From Psilocybe cubensis (Eukaryota), in assembly GCA_017499595.2 (NCBI GenBank), contig CM039001.1, forward strand, positions 1,922,001 through 1,986,000: 64,000 nucleotides of DNA, given 5' to 3'. Shown here one piece after another: positions 1 through 12,545 of this stretch (position 1 is its first letter; each line of letters opens with the position of its first letter). The notes under the pieces were generated by a model that was not told the origin of the DNA, did not search any database, and saw only the letters and a program-made list of their open reading frames with translations. The position numbers and the translations under genes are program-made.

Positions 1-557
1 ATCACCATGAGTCAAAGAAGAGTTGAGAGCGGTTGCTGCATCAAACACTCGAACTTGCATATCGCCAGCAGCAGTAGCTCTGATGCATTCTAAGTATTAG
101 CAAACAAAAAGCCTCGAAGCACCGCTTACATGCGGGAAGAAAAGGGTAACACTTTAGCGCTGAAAATGTTTCCTCGGTGCCCAGTTTCTAAAACGGACCC
201 ACAGAAAAATGGGTAATCCTCGCTGGTATTAGTTTGACGCATACACCATGTCCTGACTGTCGTATCGTCTCCAGCAGTAAGAAGGACATTTCCATCGTGG
301 GCCCAGCTCAAAGCATTGACACAACTGATAGGTTTGTTATCTGGAGAACGTACAAGTCATGCTTATAGCCAGACTTGCCCACTATGACCGTAGCCATTAT
401 CGTTTCCGAGAACTGCCACTCTATCGAGATTGTTATCGAGCGCCTGAGACAAGTTGTACCTCCTTCTTCGTTCAATGTCTGGTATTGAAGGTAATTGAGA
501 CAACAAAGAAATGCGACTCTGAAAAAGACCTCGGGTTATAAACTTCGTATTGTCCAT
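1..557 (-). CDS. WD40-repeat protein, DCAF8/WDTC1/DCAF6-like (CRL4 substrate-receptor type); 3' end lies outside the window
   Basis: Spliced translation MDNTKF...LDRVAVLGNDNGYGHSG|CVNALSWAHDGNVLLTAGDDTTVRTW...TGHRGNIFSAKVLPFSSR|IATAAGDMQVRVFD matches the GHxGCVNAL / GHxxNIFS N-terminal WD repeats of this family. First intron (325-378) is GC-AG. Confidence 0.75.
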
Positions 558-947
558 AGAGATAAATTATGAGGGAATTCAACAAGAGTGGTAGTTGGGT
601 TAATGGTGCTAAGTTTGTGTTGAAGAGGGGTCATGTCACATGCCACCATTATTTAATGGCAAGGGCCGTCTCGACTTTTACTGGTATAAACCGAACTCAG
701 ACTGCTAGTGGTCGCAGCTATCCATTGTCACAGGCTTGTTGGCAATTTACAACAATTTTGGCACCGATACAGGTGACCATTTCTATTGGTGTTAGCAACT
801 GAAGAGCTGCTGTTTCTAAGCTGCAATATAACACAACTTTGGTGGTAAGTTTTTCAAGAATGACGGTATGGTACCTATGTAGTCTGACTCAAATTCTATG
901 TCGATAGGTGCTTCCGGCCCTTTAGATCGTCATTATTAGTCTTCCCA

Positions 948-3900
948 ATGCGACAGGGTAAAAACAAGCGGTCAAGGGGCAGCAAAGACGCTGATGTTGA
1001 TATTTACATGAGAGTGGGAGACGACATTTCTCCCGAAACCTATTCCCGGCCCCATAATTCTTTTCATCACCCCGAAAGTTATCGCGCATCAAACGCAGGT
1101 AGAGGAACGTATTCTAGCGGGCGCGATATGTCTTCTGGATCTCGCAGGGGCGGAGATTGGCGACACGCAGAACTCGATCATGAAAGATATTCGTTTACCG
1201 ACCCTTTTGCACGAGGAGAGAGAGCACAATATGACGACAGTGGTCCCAGAAGTTCAGGGGGGTGGGGACCTGTCAACGATTCTTATGTTCAATCTCGAAA
1301 CAGTTGGCCTCCGCGCTATGACAACGGCGCCTCTTCATCATCTTATGCAGAGCCCTCCACGTGGACTGTTCCAGATCATCCTTCCTACGACAGCTCTCGT
1401 ATTCCTTATCATGACCGTTGGGAAACCAATGAGCCGAGAGAAAGTATCGACGATTGGAATCCCGAACCAATGCGAAACGACCATCGGACGGATCGACGAC
1501 ATCACGACTGGCGTCCAGATAGTCAAAGGGATAAAAATTCAGGGCATAGGTTTCGGAGCGACTCTGGATGGGACTCCAGACGTCGTGACAGAAATTGGAC
1601 AAATGAACCCATAGGACGGCATAACGACCTTCCTCCAGATAAAAGACAGGCTGGCACGGAGGATCGGTCCTGGGAACCAGCCGCATCTTGGGTATCCTCG
1701 ACGACTAATGATTATTCACAGCAACGAGGGCAAAATGGCCAGCGAAGTTATCATCATCAAAGACCAAAACGAGTGCAGAATTACAATAAACATCGAAGAG
1801 AATGGCGTGCTGACGACGGAGAACTGAATAAGTGAGCATCTTTACCTATTTCTCATTGGCTTACATTTTAACTATTTCTATTTAGTTGGACAAGGCGAGA
1901 TACTAGTCGTGGCGGCGTAAATAAAACTTTTCCAAACCAAAATTTTGCGAAACGAAAACATCTACGATCTCCGTCCCGGTCGCGGTCTCGTAGCAGGTCA
2001 CCAACCGAATCCTATATCTCTCATCGCTCCTCAAGAGGTCGATCACATTCTCGGTCTGTTTCTCCTGCTAATAAACGTCGCCGGAGAGATTCCAGTCCTA
2101 TCACCTTACAAAGTCAGACTCCTAGTGAAAGGAGTTTGAATCGTTCACATTATAAGCCAGAAAAGCAGGTTTCAAGGTCACCTAGTCCTCAACGCATCAG
2201 TTCCCATCGAAGCCCTCCAAACTTTACAGGACGTCGCAGAAGTCCGTCTGCAGTTTCAAGTACAGGATCTGATCGAAGCCGCAGCAAGAGCCCCGCCCGT
2301 TCGGTGCACCGTCTCCCTCCTAATCATCATCCACCTGTAACTATCACAAATGTATATTCCAGAAACAACGGGACAACTCCACGAAAAGAAGTTGAAGACT
2401 ATAAGAATGGGAAGTCAAGATCTCAAAAACACCGAAAGGGCAGGGAAAGTCAAGCACAAACCGTCGAAAGGGAGTACGAGTATTTTGGAAATGTCGATCA
2501 TTCTTCACAGAATTCTGCTGCTGCTGCTCCTCCCATCGGTATTCATACAGCTGCCGCTGTTTCAATGCCTCCTCCTATGTCTGTTCCATTGTCCCATCCA
2601 CCACGGCCTCAGTATACACCACAGGAATACAATACTTCTGGGCAAACTTGGATTCCGGATGCTAAGATAGATTTACCAGGAAAACCTAATCGAAATATAA
2701 ACACCCGACATGCGGGGTTCAGACCGATTGGGAAAGGAGATTCGTCTTTGAAGAGGTTTTTCCCTGGCGACGACGACGAAATGGATCCTGCCGATGAAGT
2801 CAATACATCGCCTCGTATGTCGGAATCTGCAATTGAGAAACAAACCTCGATGTCATATCCACATCAATCACATCGCATCTCTGACTATCATGAATGGGAG
2901 TCTCCGCTTCACCCTGCAGAATTGTGGCGGGCAGACAATCCATATTCTCGTTCAACCGCTGGATCTCGTCAAACATCCTCCTTAGACCTCGAATCAGCGG
3001 CTTGCTTACCAAAGCAAGGTATCCCGCCCATTATCCCGCCCCCCCACGCGCATCATACAGATTCAGAAATGACGACTTCCGCCAATAATATTCACCTTTT
3101 AACATCATCTGCCGACGACCTTGAGCGACGAAGCCCACACTTCGCTGATTCCACGGATCAGCCCATATTGACCTCTAATGACATGCAACTTTCAACTCCA
3201 AGCGATAACCATGATGTTTCCAGCGCTGTAGGGCACTCTTTGGCTTCGAACAAAGACCTGTACAAAATCATCAGTCAAGTTGGTGAGGGAACATTTGGAA
3301 AAGTTTACAAAGCACGAAACACTATTACAGGTAACTATGTTGCGTTGAAACGCATTCGTATGGAATCCGAGAAGGATGGCTTCCCTGTCACAGCCATGCG
3401 AGAAATCAAGCTTCTACAGTCTCTCAGGCAAGAGAACGTGGTTCGACTTTATGAGATGATGGTCTCAAATGGTGGTTACTGTGTTTTGTTTGAATTTTTC
3501 GTGGCTAACAGCGTTACACAGGCTCTGTGTATATGGTCTTTGAATATATGGATCATGATCTCACAGGAGTTCTATCACAAACACAGTTTGTGTTTGAACG
3601 TCAACACCTCAAATCTTTGTGTCATCAAATGCTGGCGGGATTAGCGTATTTGCATCGTAAAGGGGTAATCCACCGGGATATTAAAGGGTCAAACATATTG
3701 ATTAACAATCGGGGGGAGCTCAAATTGGCTGATTTTGGGCTTGCACGTTTCTACCAGAAGCGTAGGCGCGCTGATTATACCAACCGCGTCATCACCCTTT
3801 GGTACAGGCCGCCGGAACTTCTTTTTGGTGCAACCATTTATGGACCGGAAGTTGACATGTGGAGCGCCGGGTAAGTCAGGGTATATGATAAACAAGCTAG

Positions 3901-4449
3901 TCTGACTTTCCTTAACTTCAGGTGCATTATGCTCGAATTATTTGTAAAGAAACCCGTTTTTCAGGGAGCGGATGAAATTCATCAGCTGGAAGTCATTTAC
4001 AAACTTATGGGGACTCCGACACCTGAGCGCTGGACTGATGTTGTCAATCTTCCGTGGTACGAACTCGTTAAACCCCAACAGCCCATGGGTAGCAAATTCC
4101 GGGAGTCATTCCAAAAGTGCGGTTAACCTTTGCAATGAACTGAAATATTAACATGTGTTTGCATCAGGTACATGTCTCCTGCAGCGTTAGATTTGGCCGA
4201 GCAACTCCTTGCATTTGATCCTGCCGAACGAATAACTGCTATGCAGGCCATGAATGCCCCATATTTCACCCAGGAATATCCAAGCGCTACTCCTCCTGTA
4301 GGGTACGTGGTTGTTACAGGCATCTCTTCAAATCAGCCATTGAATTTTTCAAATTCTGTTCTAGATTGATAGATATAAAGGGGGAATGGCACGAGCTCGA
4401 AACAAAACGAGAAAGGCAAAAAAGAAAAGAACAAAAAAATGCGACCTGA
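948..4449 (+). CDS. ctk1: RNA Pol II CTD kinase catalytic subunit (Ctk1/Lsk1/CDK12-like) with long Arg/Ser-rich N-terminus; multi-exon
   Basis: Kinase motifs [64 protein letters not shown]-terminal [12 protein letters not shown] then TGA at 4447-4449. Probable 5'UTR intron at 845-907. Confidence 0.92.
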
Positions 4450-4572
4450 ATGTACCGATATCTTCACTCTGCTTTGCATGTGCTTTCTTTCCGATTATTA
4501 CCATTTATCAAATATTCATTGCAGCGAAGTATGATACAACAAGACAGACTTTTCACCCACTGGATTAGATGC

Positions 4573-6131
4573 TCATATTGAGTCAACCGGCAAGGAAACC
4601 AACCCCTTATCTGTGAGGTGCTGGACGATGGACTCAACCTAATGAAAAAATGTAAGTTCAAGGCGTAAAACAAAACATGAACGCCTACATGTGCAGCGGT
4701 CAGCCTAATTTGTGTATCCCAACGCTTCGTAAATGGCGCGCCCGTATCTTCAGCTTCCTCAACATCTCCAAGGCCACCAGCTTTCCCTTGAGCATCGTCT
4801 TCTTCACGGTTTGTCTCGAACCATATTAATTTATCCACCTGATCTATACTTCCACGCAAGCGCCCTTGCTCAATCATTTTTCGGGCCATGGTTTCTGCTG
4901 CACCTGGAGTTAAGTCGAGTAGCGCTCCCAAACCACGGAAAGTAATGTTGTTATATATATTGGAGCTTGCAAGAAGATTGTGCTCCATGACAGCACGATC
5001 CAAAACAGTCGATGGTCCCGTTCTTGTGCTTGCATTGGGGTCCAGCTCGCTTCCAGTGTCGCCCCCTGCAGAAGCTAGTCTATCATTGGATGAAATGGAA
5101 ATCTTTGCCAACTGATGAGGCTTGAGTGATTTTTCAAACTCCTTGACTTCCGCTGGCCGAAGAATATGATCCAGAAACATCTTAGACAAGATATTGTATG
5201 TTGGAAGATCAGCTGTGCGTTCATCCCTGTACAAAGACGCAAGGACTCTGGAACGATTTGGGCCTGCAGGAGCCAGAACGGCGCATGTAACAGCAGCTAG
5301 GCTGGGCGAAGATGAGTAAAGGTTTGGGGATTTGATTGAAAAGTAATCTTACAGCATATGCCTGCGTTCTTCTTCGTCTATTTCACCTACATAGCTCAGT
5401 TCATGATAACGGCTGGCGGCTTCCAAAAATTTTCTGCTATAGTCACTTATACGAGCTTGACAAAGTTTAAATTGGAGAAGAGTCTCGCGATCATTCGCAG
5501 AATGCACTAGCAAGGCGGCCCGATTGTAGTACGTTTCGGCTTGGACTGAATCTTCGTCTTCAAGCAGTAATCGAACAATGCGAACGTACACGCGCAATTT
5601 TTCTGAGTCTCCGATAGACCTGTGAGATCAAATGTTGAATAAAATGGGACACATAATGTCAGGCTGTGAGGCACACCGTTGACCTGAATCCAAAGAGATA
5701 CCCATTAGGACTCTGGCAGCGTCGCTCCATTCTTCCTCCTCTTCCAGAAGATCCGCCAATTGAAATCTTAAAGAGTTTACCTACAATCGAAGATAATTAT
5801 GTGAACAATGAAATCGATTTGAAGCTTCTACCTGTTCCTCATAGCTCACAATCCGGGGTTGAATTGTGGACAACGTATCTTCAACTACGCGTTTCCTGAG
5901 TGCAACGTCCTTGATAGCGCCTTCTCCGAGAATCTTAACTAGCTCAGACAGGACCTGACGTCCGACTACCAAACCAACACTTTCTAAATTGACGACAGTG
6001 TCGACCAATGTGTGCAGGTCCCTGGCTATGGAAGGACCTGATTGTGATAAGATTTCAGGGATAAGTGAGATATAAGCAGGTCCTTTATCTTTTTGGACGA
6101 GAGTAGAGAATTGAAGTAGTTTGGCTTCCAT
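4573..6131 (-). CDS. csn4: COP9 signalosome subunit 4 (PCI domain)
   Basis: IQPRIVSYEEQ, YVRIVRLLLEDEDSVQAE, ARISDYSRKFLEAASRY, CAVLAPAGPNRSRVLA, LDRAVMEHNLLASSNIYNNITF, MIEQGRLRGSIDQ; 4 GT-AG introns. Confidence 0.93.
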
Positions 6132-6594
6132 GCTCAAATGCTAAGAAGATAAAGGATTCCAAGTTCAAGTAAGGAAGAGATGAAGGCAAAAGCTCATATA
6201 ATTACGTCCCACAATGAGCGTCTTTGGAAGGCTGTAATGTGTAACCGACTTCACGTGCATTGACATATATCTGATCGAATCATCAATCAACAGTGTGATA
6301 GTTGTATCATGATCAGTAACTTGCACTTGGGTCTGTGTCTGCCATGGTTACCGGGAAAAGGAATCACTACATATGCCGCCAATACCCTCGCTGTTTTCCT
6401 TTCCATGTGTCCTCTATAAGGTCCTCTGTCTTTTCCCATTTCTTCTGGAGCTAGTTGAACTGGACTCTCCTCTTGGTGTCTACTTTCTTTAATTACAATT
6501 TCGTCTTTCTCTACAGCACAGTCTGCACTATTGGCCTTCTCTATCTTGAAGCGTGTTTATACAGGTCCATCCACCTCTTTTCTACGGCAACACT

Positions 6595-9500
6595 ATGTCC
6601 AGACTTACAGCTTCGCCTTTTCATAAACCCTCTCCCTTCGAGTTTCCTCGTGGTCCCCTAAGTCCCCCCGATACCAATACGGACACCGTCGTTGGTTCTG
6701 GGCTTATTCTGCCTGCCTCAAATCATCCTGCAGTGCAAGACTCTGGTTCACTAGACACCGGAATCCAAAGTGCACACGACTCACCGTTACGGGGAAAGAA
6801 GTCATCATCAATTCCCTATCATAATACAAGCTTCCGCGAGTCGAAGGAAAGAGCTATTCAACGAAATAATGTCAAGTCATTAATCATTGTAATGCCTCCT
6901 TCAACTCTTTTACAAGGATATGGCCCGCGTGGGCAGACTGTTACGAACGGTCCATTTCACCGCTTAACGCAGGGTATTGTTATGCCCATTTTGCCTTCGG
7001 TGTGTGCATTGAACTTTCCTGTCCTGTAGACGTTATTTCTCAAAGTGTTACAGATGTTTGGGCAATTGACTGCCATTGCACGAGAATTCAGTTTCCCGAG
7101 CACACTCGGTCTCTGCCTATATCTTCATTATGTCGAGGACGGGGTCACTTTGACACCAAGAATATCGGATGATTCCTGGCAATCTTTATGGGGCCATCTG
7201 TCAGATCCTCCCCTCGCAAACGAACGTCGTCCACTTATATGTGGCAAGATTGAGTTTGATATTGACCTCCGGGCAGCACGCTGGTATGGCAGTTGGGTTT
7301 CAGCCATTCATAGAGAAATATCCGAGCATTCCAACCACGCATATCCAGTCACTGCACCTTCGCATTTCCGGGGTGAGAGTAGTCTGGTAGGGGGGCGCCA
7401 CTTCGACGAAGATATGGCCGATAACACGATTCAACAGAACAGCGCGCCCATCGGACGTCATGTCCCCAAGAAACTATCTTTGGTAGAAAGATTCGACGTC
7501 GCATCGGTAAGGTCGGAGCACCGACATAACTCGCGTTCGGTAGCGGCTTCGACTGAATTTGTCGCTGGTCAGCAAGTCCTTTCGACAATCGTTCAGGAAG
7601 ACGAACCCAAATCTGGACGGCAGCAGTTAGATAACCTTGTAAAGTCATGGAGAGCAAGTGCACTTATAAGTCCGAGCCCACTGGCGGCCAAGGGGCAACC
7701 AAGCCTTGATGCTGTCTATCTGCCCAACGATGTTCCTATAGATACTCCAGATGAGATCCCTGGTTCTCCTGCAGTTATGAGGCTTGAGGACTACACATGG
7801 TCAGTTTCATCAGAAGGTCCTTTGTCTATTGGAGAGTTATCACCCGTTTCATGGGTTCATGCACCTTCTGTCCACATTGCTGATCGCCTTCCTGGTTCCG
7901 TTTGCACCTCAGCTTCAATTTGTACTTCTTTTGGTTTTGTTGAGGACGACAACTACTCATATGTTTCAAATGAAACCCGCGTACCTTCGGTGCACCTTGC
8001 TGAACGCCTGCGAGGTTCTGTTTGTTCTTCGCCTTTAACGTGCACATCCTTTGGCCCTGACGATGATGTCAGTGACATATATCATACCTCATTCAACTCC
8101 CGTGTCCCAACTCCTGATATTGCCCATCGCTTCTACGAAGATTGTCCACCTACACCCATGACGGCAACCTCATGGGGCGCTCCGTTATCGTATCCTCCCT
8201 CACCGAGATGTGTATCTCCTGCTCTTTCCTTGGACCTTGGAGAACGAGCGAGGTTTCATGATCAGTTCGAAACCATGGTACATTATCCTCGATCGAAGTC
8301 CTTATTAACACAGGAATCCATAGAAACTAATGGGCCTTGGGAACATGTATGGCCGTTCAATAGCGATATGAAGGCTTCGACTTCAGCATCTGATACAGTT
8401 CCATGGGCACATGTATGGCCATTTAATATTCAAACAAAGGACAACCTAGAAGCATCTTCAATATCCGCCCCACTACCCTGGAAACATGTTTGGCCATACA
8501 ACGAAGAAGTGGAAAATAACGCTTCTTTGTCTTCAATTCCCGTGATCAGTGCTTGGCCGCACGTATGGCCATTTAATAGTCAAAGTACCAATGTTAATAT
8601 CCCTCCTCTCATGCCTGCTAACGGCGCCTGGGAACATGTTTGGCCTTTCAATAGCGAATATATGCACAGCACAGGATTGTTGCAAGAGGACAAAATTCTT
8701 TTACCACACAACAAGGAGATCACAAAGGTGACATCGGCTTCTGCGACTGCTTCAGGTCCTTGGTTGCACGTGTGGCCGTACAATTCATCGTCTAAACCGT
8801 CAAACATGCAGCACTGCGCTTCGGTGTATAAACCATCGTCATTTGGGTATCCATACATCAGTATATGTACAGATATTATATCATTTTCATGGTCCTTACT
8901 GATGTCTTCTTCAGACCAACCCGTTTATCCGCACATCGAATTATACCCCACTCTGCCAGGAGAGTTGAGTATTTATAATCAGTTGGATACTATGCAAGAC
9001 ATTGTCGTCGAGCTTCCTGTATTGTATCCCATGATCCAGTTATGTGAGCCTGAGCTTTTTCGCCTTTCAATGATCTACTCATTAACGCTTTTCGTCAGAT
9101 GTGCCTGTATATCCTCACAACCTAAGCAATATATACCCAGAGACTATCTTTCAAGCAGCAGACCCATGCTCTAAAGCGCAAGTGGAAGTGCCTTTTTCCG
9201 ATACCTGTATGATTATATTTTTTGTTGATGGCGCATAGAATTTGACTTGATGAACCGTAGGTTATACTGCTTTGCACTGTGGGGCCCATACCGACAAAAC
9301 TCGGTCGCAGTATCCGCACTTTGATATATGTAAGCAATTCACTAGTATGATATTGGCTAATATGAACCCAATCGAAACATCTTCACAAAGATCCCGACAT
9401 AACCAATCAGTCATCAGAGATCTCGATACCTCCATCTTTTGATCGGCCTTTGCATACCACAGTGATTTATCCAACTTTTAACTTGTGTATGTTCCCATCC

Positions 9501-11363
9501 ATCTATGTTTTCCCCGTTGCTGATGTCATGCTAGACCCTGCTATCTACCCGTACTTTGACTTGTACCCATGCGTACATGAAGCTCAAAGGGAAACCGTGT
9601 CACTACGTTTGTAACTTCTCCTCATATTTGGATTTCTTACTAACCTCTTGCCAGTGACAGAGCCAATGCCAACTTATGCTCTATCACCTGTTTTGCTGAC
9701 CCAATATCCTTCATTTAATCTTTGTAAGTTGTCAGGTACAAATAAATTTATGTGGCTCACTCTCTGTATGATAGATCCAAAGGTTTACCCTTACTTTGAC
9801 ATCTACCCAGCTGCATACGATGCTGTCGCTGCAACCATTGAAACGGGAACTACCCAAGACTTCTCATTGTCACCGACATTACCTACTTCATATCCATTCT
9901 TCAATATTTGTATGTATTCTAATTTCTTTGACACCCTACTGCGGTCACCTCAACCCCACCTTAGATCCAAGTCTGTATCCGGACTTCGTCATCTATCCTG
10001 CTGCACATAGTGATGTAGGCACTGCATTCGCTGAGCCTGAACCAGAAAGATCTTTATCGCCCATTTTACGACCCATGTATCCGTCATTTAACCTTTGTAC
10101 GTAATCCTTTCTGATCAGCTACTACCAATATTTATCCTTGTTTTTAAGACCCCAAAGTGTACCCATATCTAGAGATCTACCCGCCATCATACGCCGTCAA
10201 AGTTGACAATGTCGACAGTAAATACGTCGAACTGGATCATAGAATAACGAAATATCCTTACTTCATTCTCTGTACGTACAGTTATCTTCGATAGCCTCCA
10301 AAAATCTCAATCAAGCCTATTTAAGACCCCGGAGTGTATCCTTACTTTGACATCTACCCAGCCCCTTATCCCTCCCTCCCTCTTGACCATATTTCCATCC
10401 CATCCTCAACTGGTACGTTTTTATGCAATCCTTAAACGGTATCGTTGACAGTGTGCATCAGCAGAAACTAGAACATGGACACTCCCATACCCATTCTTCA
10501 ATTTATGTTCGTATTTTTGACTGGTGAAACGTGCTTAATTACTTATTCATTTCAGATCCGGCCGTTTACCCAAATTTCGACCTTTACCTTCCACTTCCAG
10601 ACTTTGCCATACAGCAACCAAACAAACCCTCGAAAATTAACAACAGTAGGTTGACGCATCTGGAACTGCACGCTATGGTTATGATGGAAAAGGCTCAAGC
10701 GAAGTCCCGGGGATCCTTCGGTCGCCTAGAGACATTCCTTGACATCCCGGACATCGATTCTGAGACGCCTTTCCTCGGTGAGCACGAAGATATCGATCAT
10801 TACTTTCAAGAAAAGTCGATTTCCCGGAATATTCGCATCTCCACTGTACCCATTCCAAATCGTGGTGTTCGTAGACTGACATCTGCCTCGGCCAAGTCTG
10901 AGAATATCTCTTTGTTCGACAGCCCGACAGAGAGCGATCAAAGTCACACCAATTTCTACGGAACATCACCCTCTAATGTGCAGGACCGTGGCTTCTCAAA
11001 GATATCGAATGTTCGCGGGCAGCTGGGATACCAAGACGAATCCACTCTATATAGGACATCTCTTAATATTCATGACCGAAGTATTACAAGGTCATCGAGC
11101 CTTAGAGAGCCTCAAGGAAAGCCTCCGATCCCTCCGAAACCTCAATTTTCGGCTCCACGGCGTCGTGATAGTCTTGTTTTGCAAAGAGTTAAGGCCCTAG
11201 ATAATCATGGTAAGGCCCTTTTTTGACTCTCTGCAACACCTAATTATTTTTGTTAGTAGCAGAAAACTCAACGGTAATCCCAAGGGAGACTTTGCTAAAA
11301 TTCCCGATGCCACCCCGAGCTTTCCCTCCCCTTCCTCCATTACCGCAGGATCGTGGACATTGA
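6595..11363 (+). CDS. Uncharacterised ~15-exon protein with SVHxAxRxxGSVC repeats, WxHVWP(F/Y)N repeats and intron-split YPxFxLYPxVYPxFDIYP repeats
   Basis: One open frame can be spliced through introns 7000-7053, 8867-8914, 9044-9098, 9207-9260, 9330-9390, 9487-9534, 9607-9654, 9724-9774, 9910-9964, 10097-10148, 10272-10325, 10413-10461, 10507-10555 and 11210-11256. It ends ...KFPMPPRAFPPLPPLPQDRGH* at TGA 11361-11363. Confidence 0.8.
7864..8178 (+). repeat. Three ~40-aa coding repeats (PSVHIADRLPGSVCTSASICTSFG / PSVHLAERLRGSVCSSPLTCTSFG / PTPDIAHRFYEDCPPTPMTATSWG)
   Basis: Units start at 7864, 7984 and 8107 (120 and 123 nt spacing). Confidence 0.8.
8335..8784 (+). repeat. Six copies of (P/A)W-x-HVWP(F/Y)N
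   Basis: Units start at 8335, 8401, 8476, 8551, 8626 and 8758. Confidence 0.92.
8848..10590 (+). repeat. Tandem Tyr/Pro-rich repeats, each split by a phase-1 intron in the Tyr codon
   Basis: Nine T|GT...AG|AY junctions at the equivalent position, e.g. YPTFNL-Y-PAIYPYFDLYP, YPSFNL-Y-PKVYPYFDIYP, YPFFNI-Y-PSLYPDFVIYP. Confidence 0.88.
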
Positions 11364-11525
11364 TGTAATCATTTGCATTCAGTAAACTTATTATATATAC
11401 ATATACATACCACCTCTTGTAAAAAGGTATAATGACGAACACAGGATGTAACGACCACTCTATTCAAAGGACTCATATTTGAGCCAAGTAGTTCTTCGAA
11501 ATCTAATTTCAACATTGAGTAGTGT

Positions 11526-12545
11526 TCATTCTGTTTTTGGTCTATCCTCGTATGCGGGTGGTTCTTCTGATTGATTTTCAGTCGCCCCAAGGATATAACC
11601 TGACCCTGGCATGAGAGTGTCTGGCGAAGTAGATCTGGGTCTGGGTGGTAGGTTTGGTTGTCTCGCGGCACGTTCCGCCGCCAAATGTGCACGAGCGATA
11701 AGTTGCTGTTTCTCCATTTCGTCCCGGACCTCTTTGTTTCTCCTGTCATCCATATAGGCAAGTTTTACCTGTTCAGGGAGATATCAAGAGAAGACGTTAA
11801 AGCAGGGTAACGAGAACAAGGACCTTTTCTGCGGCAGCCAGTTTAGCTTCCTTTTCGCTCTTCATTGCTCTTATCAAGCGTTCTTCTTTCTCTGCGTCAA
11901 GGTTCAAGTGTTCCTTGAGAATAACTGCACCGATTTGTAAGTCTTCCAGATGATGCTCGTTGAAAACGTAATATGGTTCAAAGTCTTTGACCTTGATATT
12001 TAGTCAGAGGGGTGATTGGCCATTTCGGTTTCCCGAGCTTACCGTAGGACGAAAGCCGAGCTGTAGATTGAGTTAGTAATTTCCCGAAATGCGAGTAGGA
12101 GTGTATGAAACTGACTTCAACTGCATATTCCAACGCGCCTTTCGTGTCAATAAGCTCTCGCTTGATGATAGTATTGGAAGTTCTGAACATCTGATATTTT
12201 GGATTGGTAGGATCACGAAGCAGATTGTCCGCGATAGTCAACAAAGTCTATGAATGTCATCCCATGAGTTTATTCAACTGTCTGCAAGGCTGATAAGAAA
12301 AGAGTTAGTACTTTGAGAGAGCTGCGTGCTCGCTCTTTAGCATTTGGCCGTGTAATCCCAGGATCTATGAGTCTCCGGAACCTCTGTCGCTTCTCATGTT
12401 GGGCAGCCACTTGAGCAGGGGTCAAAGGTGAATTAGCACCGGATGAAGCATGAAGTGTACGGCGCTCTGCAGCTAGAGCCAATGCATCAGCAGATACGCT
12501 TGGCGACAATGCAGATGAGGAAGGCGTGCTGAGATGGTCGGACAT
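11526..12545 (-). CDS. PUB (PNGase/UBA/UBX)-domain protein, probable Cdc48/p97 cofactor
   Basis: SLKTLLTIADNLLRDPTNPKYQMFRTSNTIIKRELIDTKGALEYAVELGF is a PUB signature, followed by a charged coiled region (AYMDDRRNK). Includes an 18-nt microexon at 12043-12060. Confidence 0.75.

Noticed and set aside
8335-10590. CRISPR-like or DNA tandem-repeat array
   Set aside because: The repeats are conserved at protein level with synonymous variation and spliceosomal introns; the context is eukaryotic with no cas genes.
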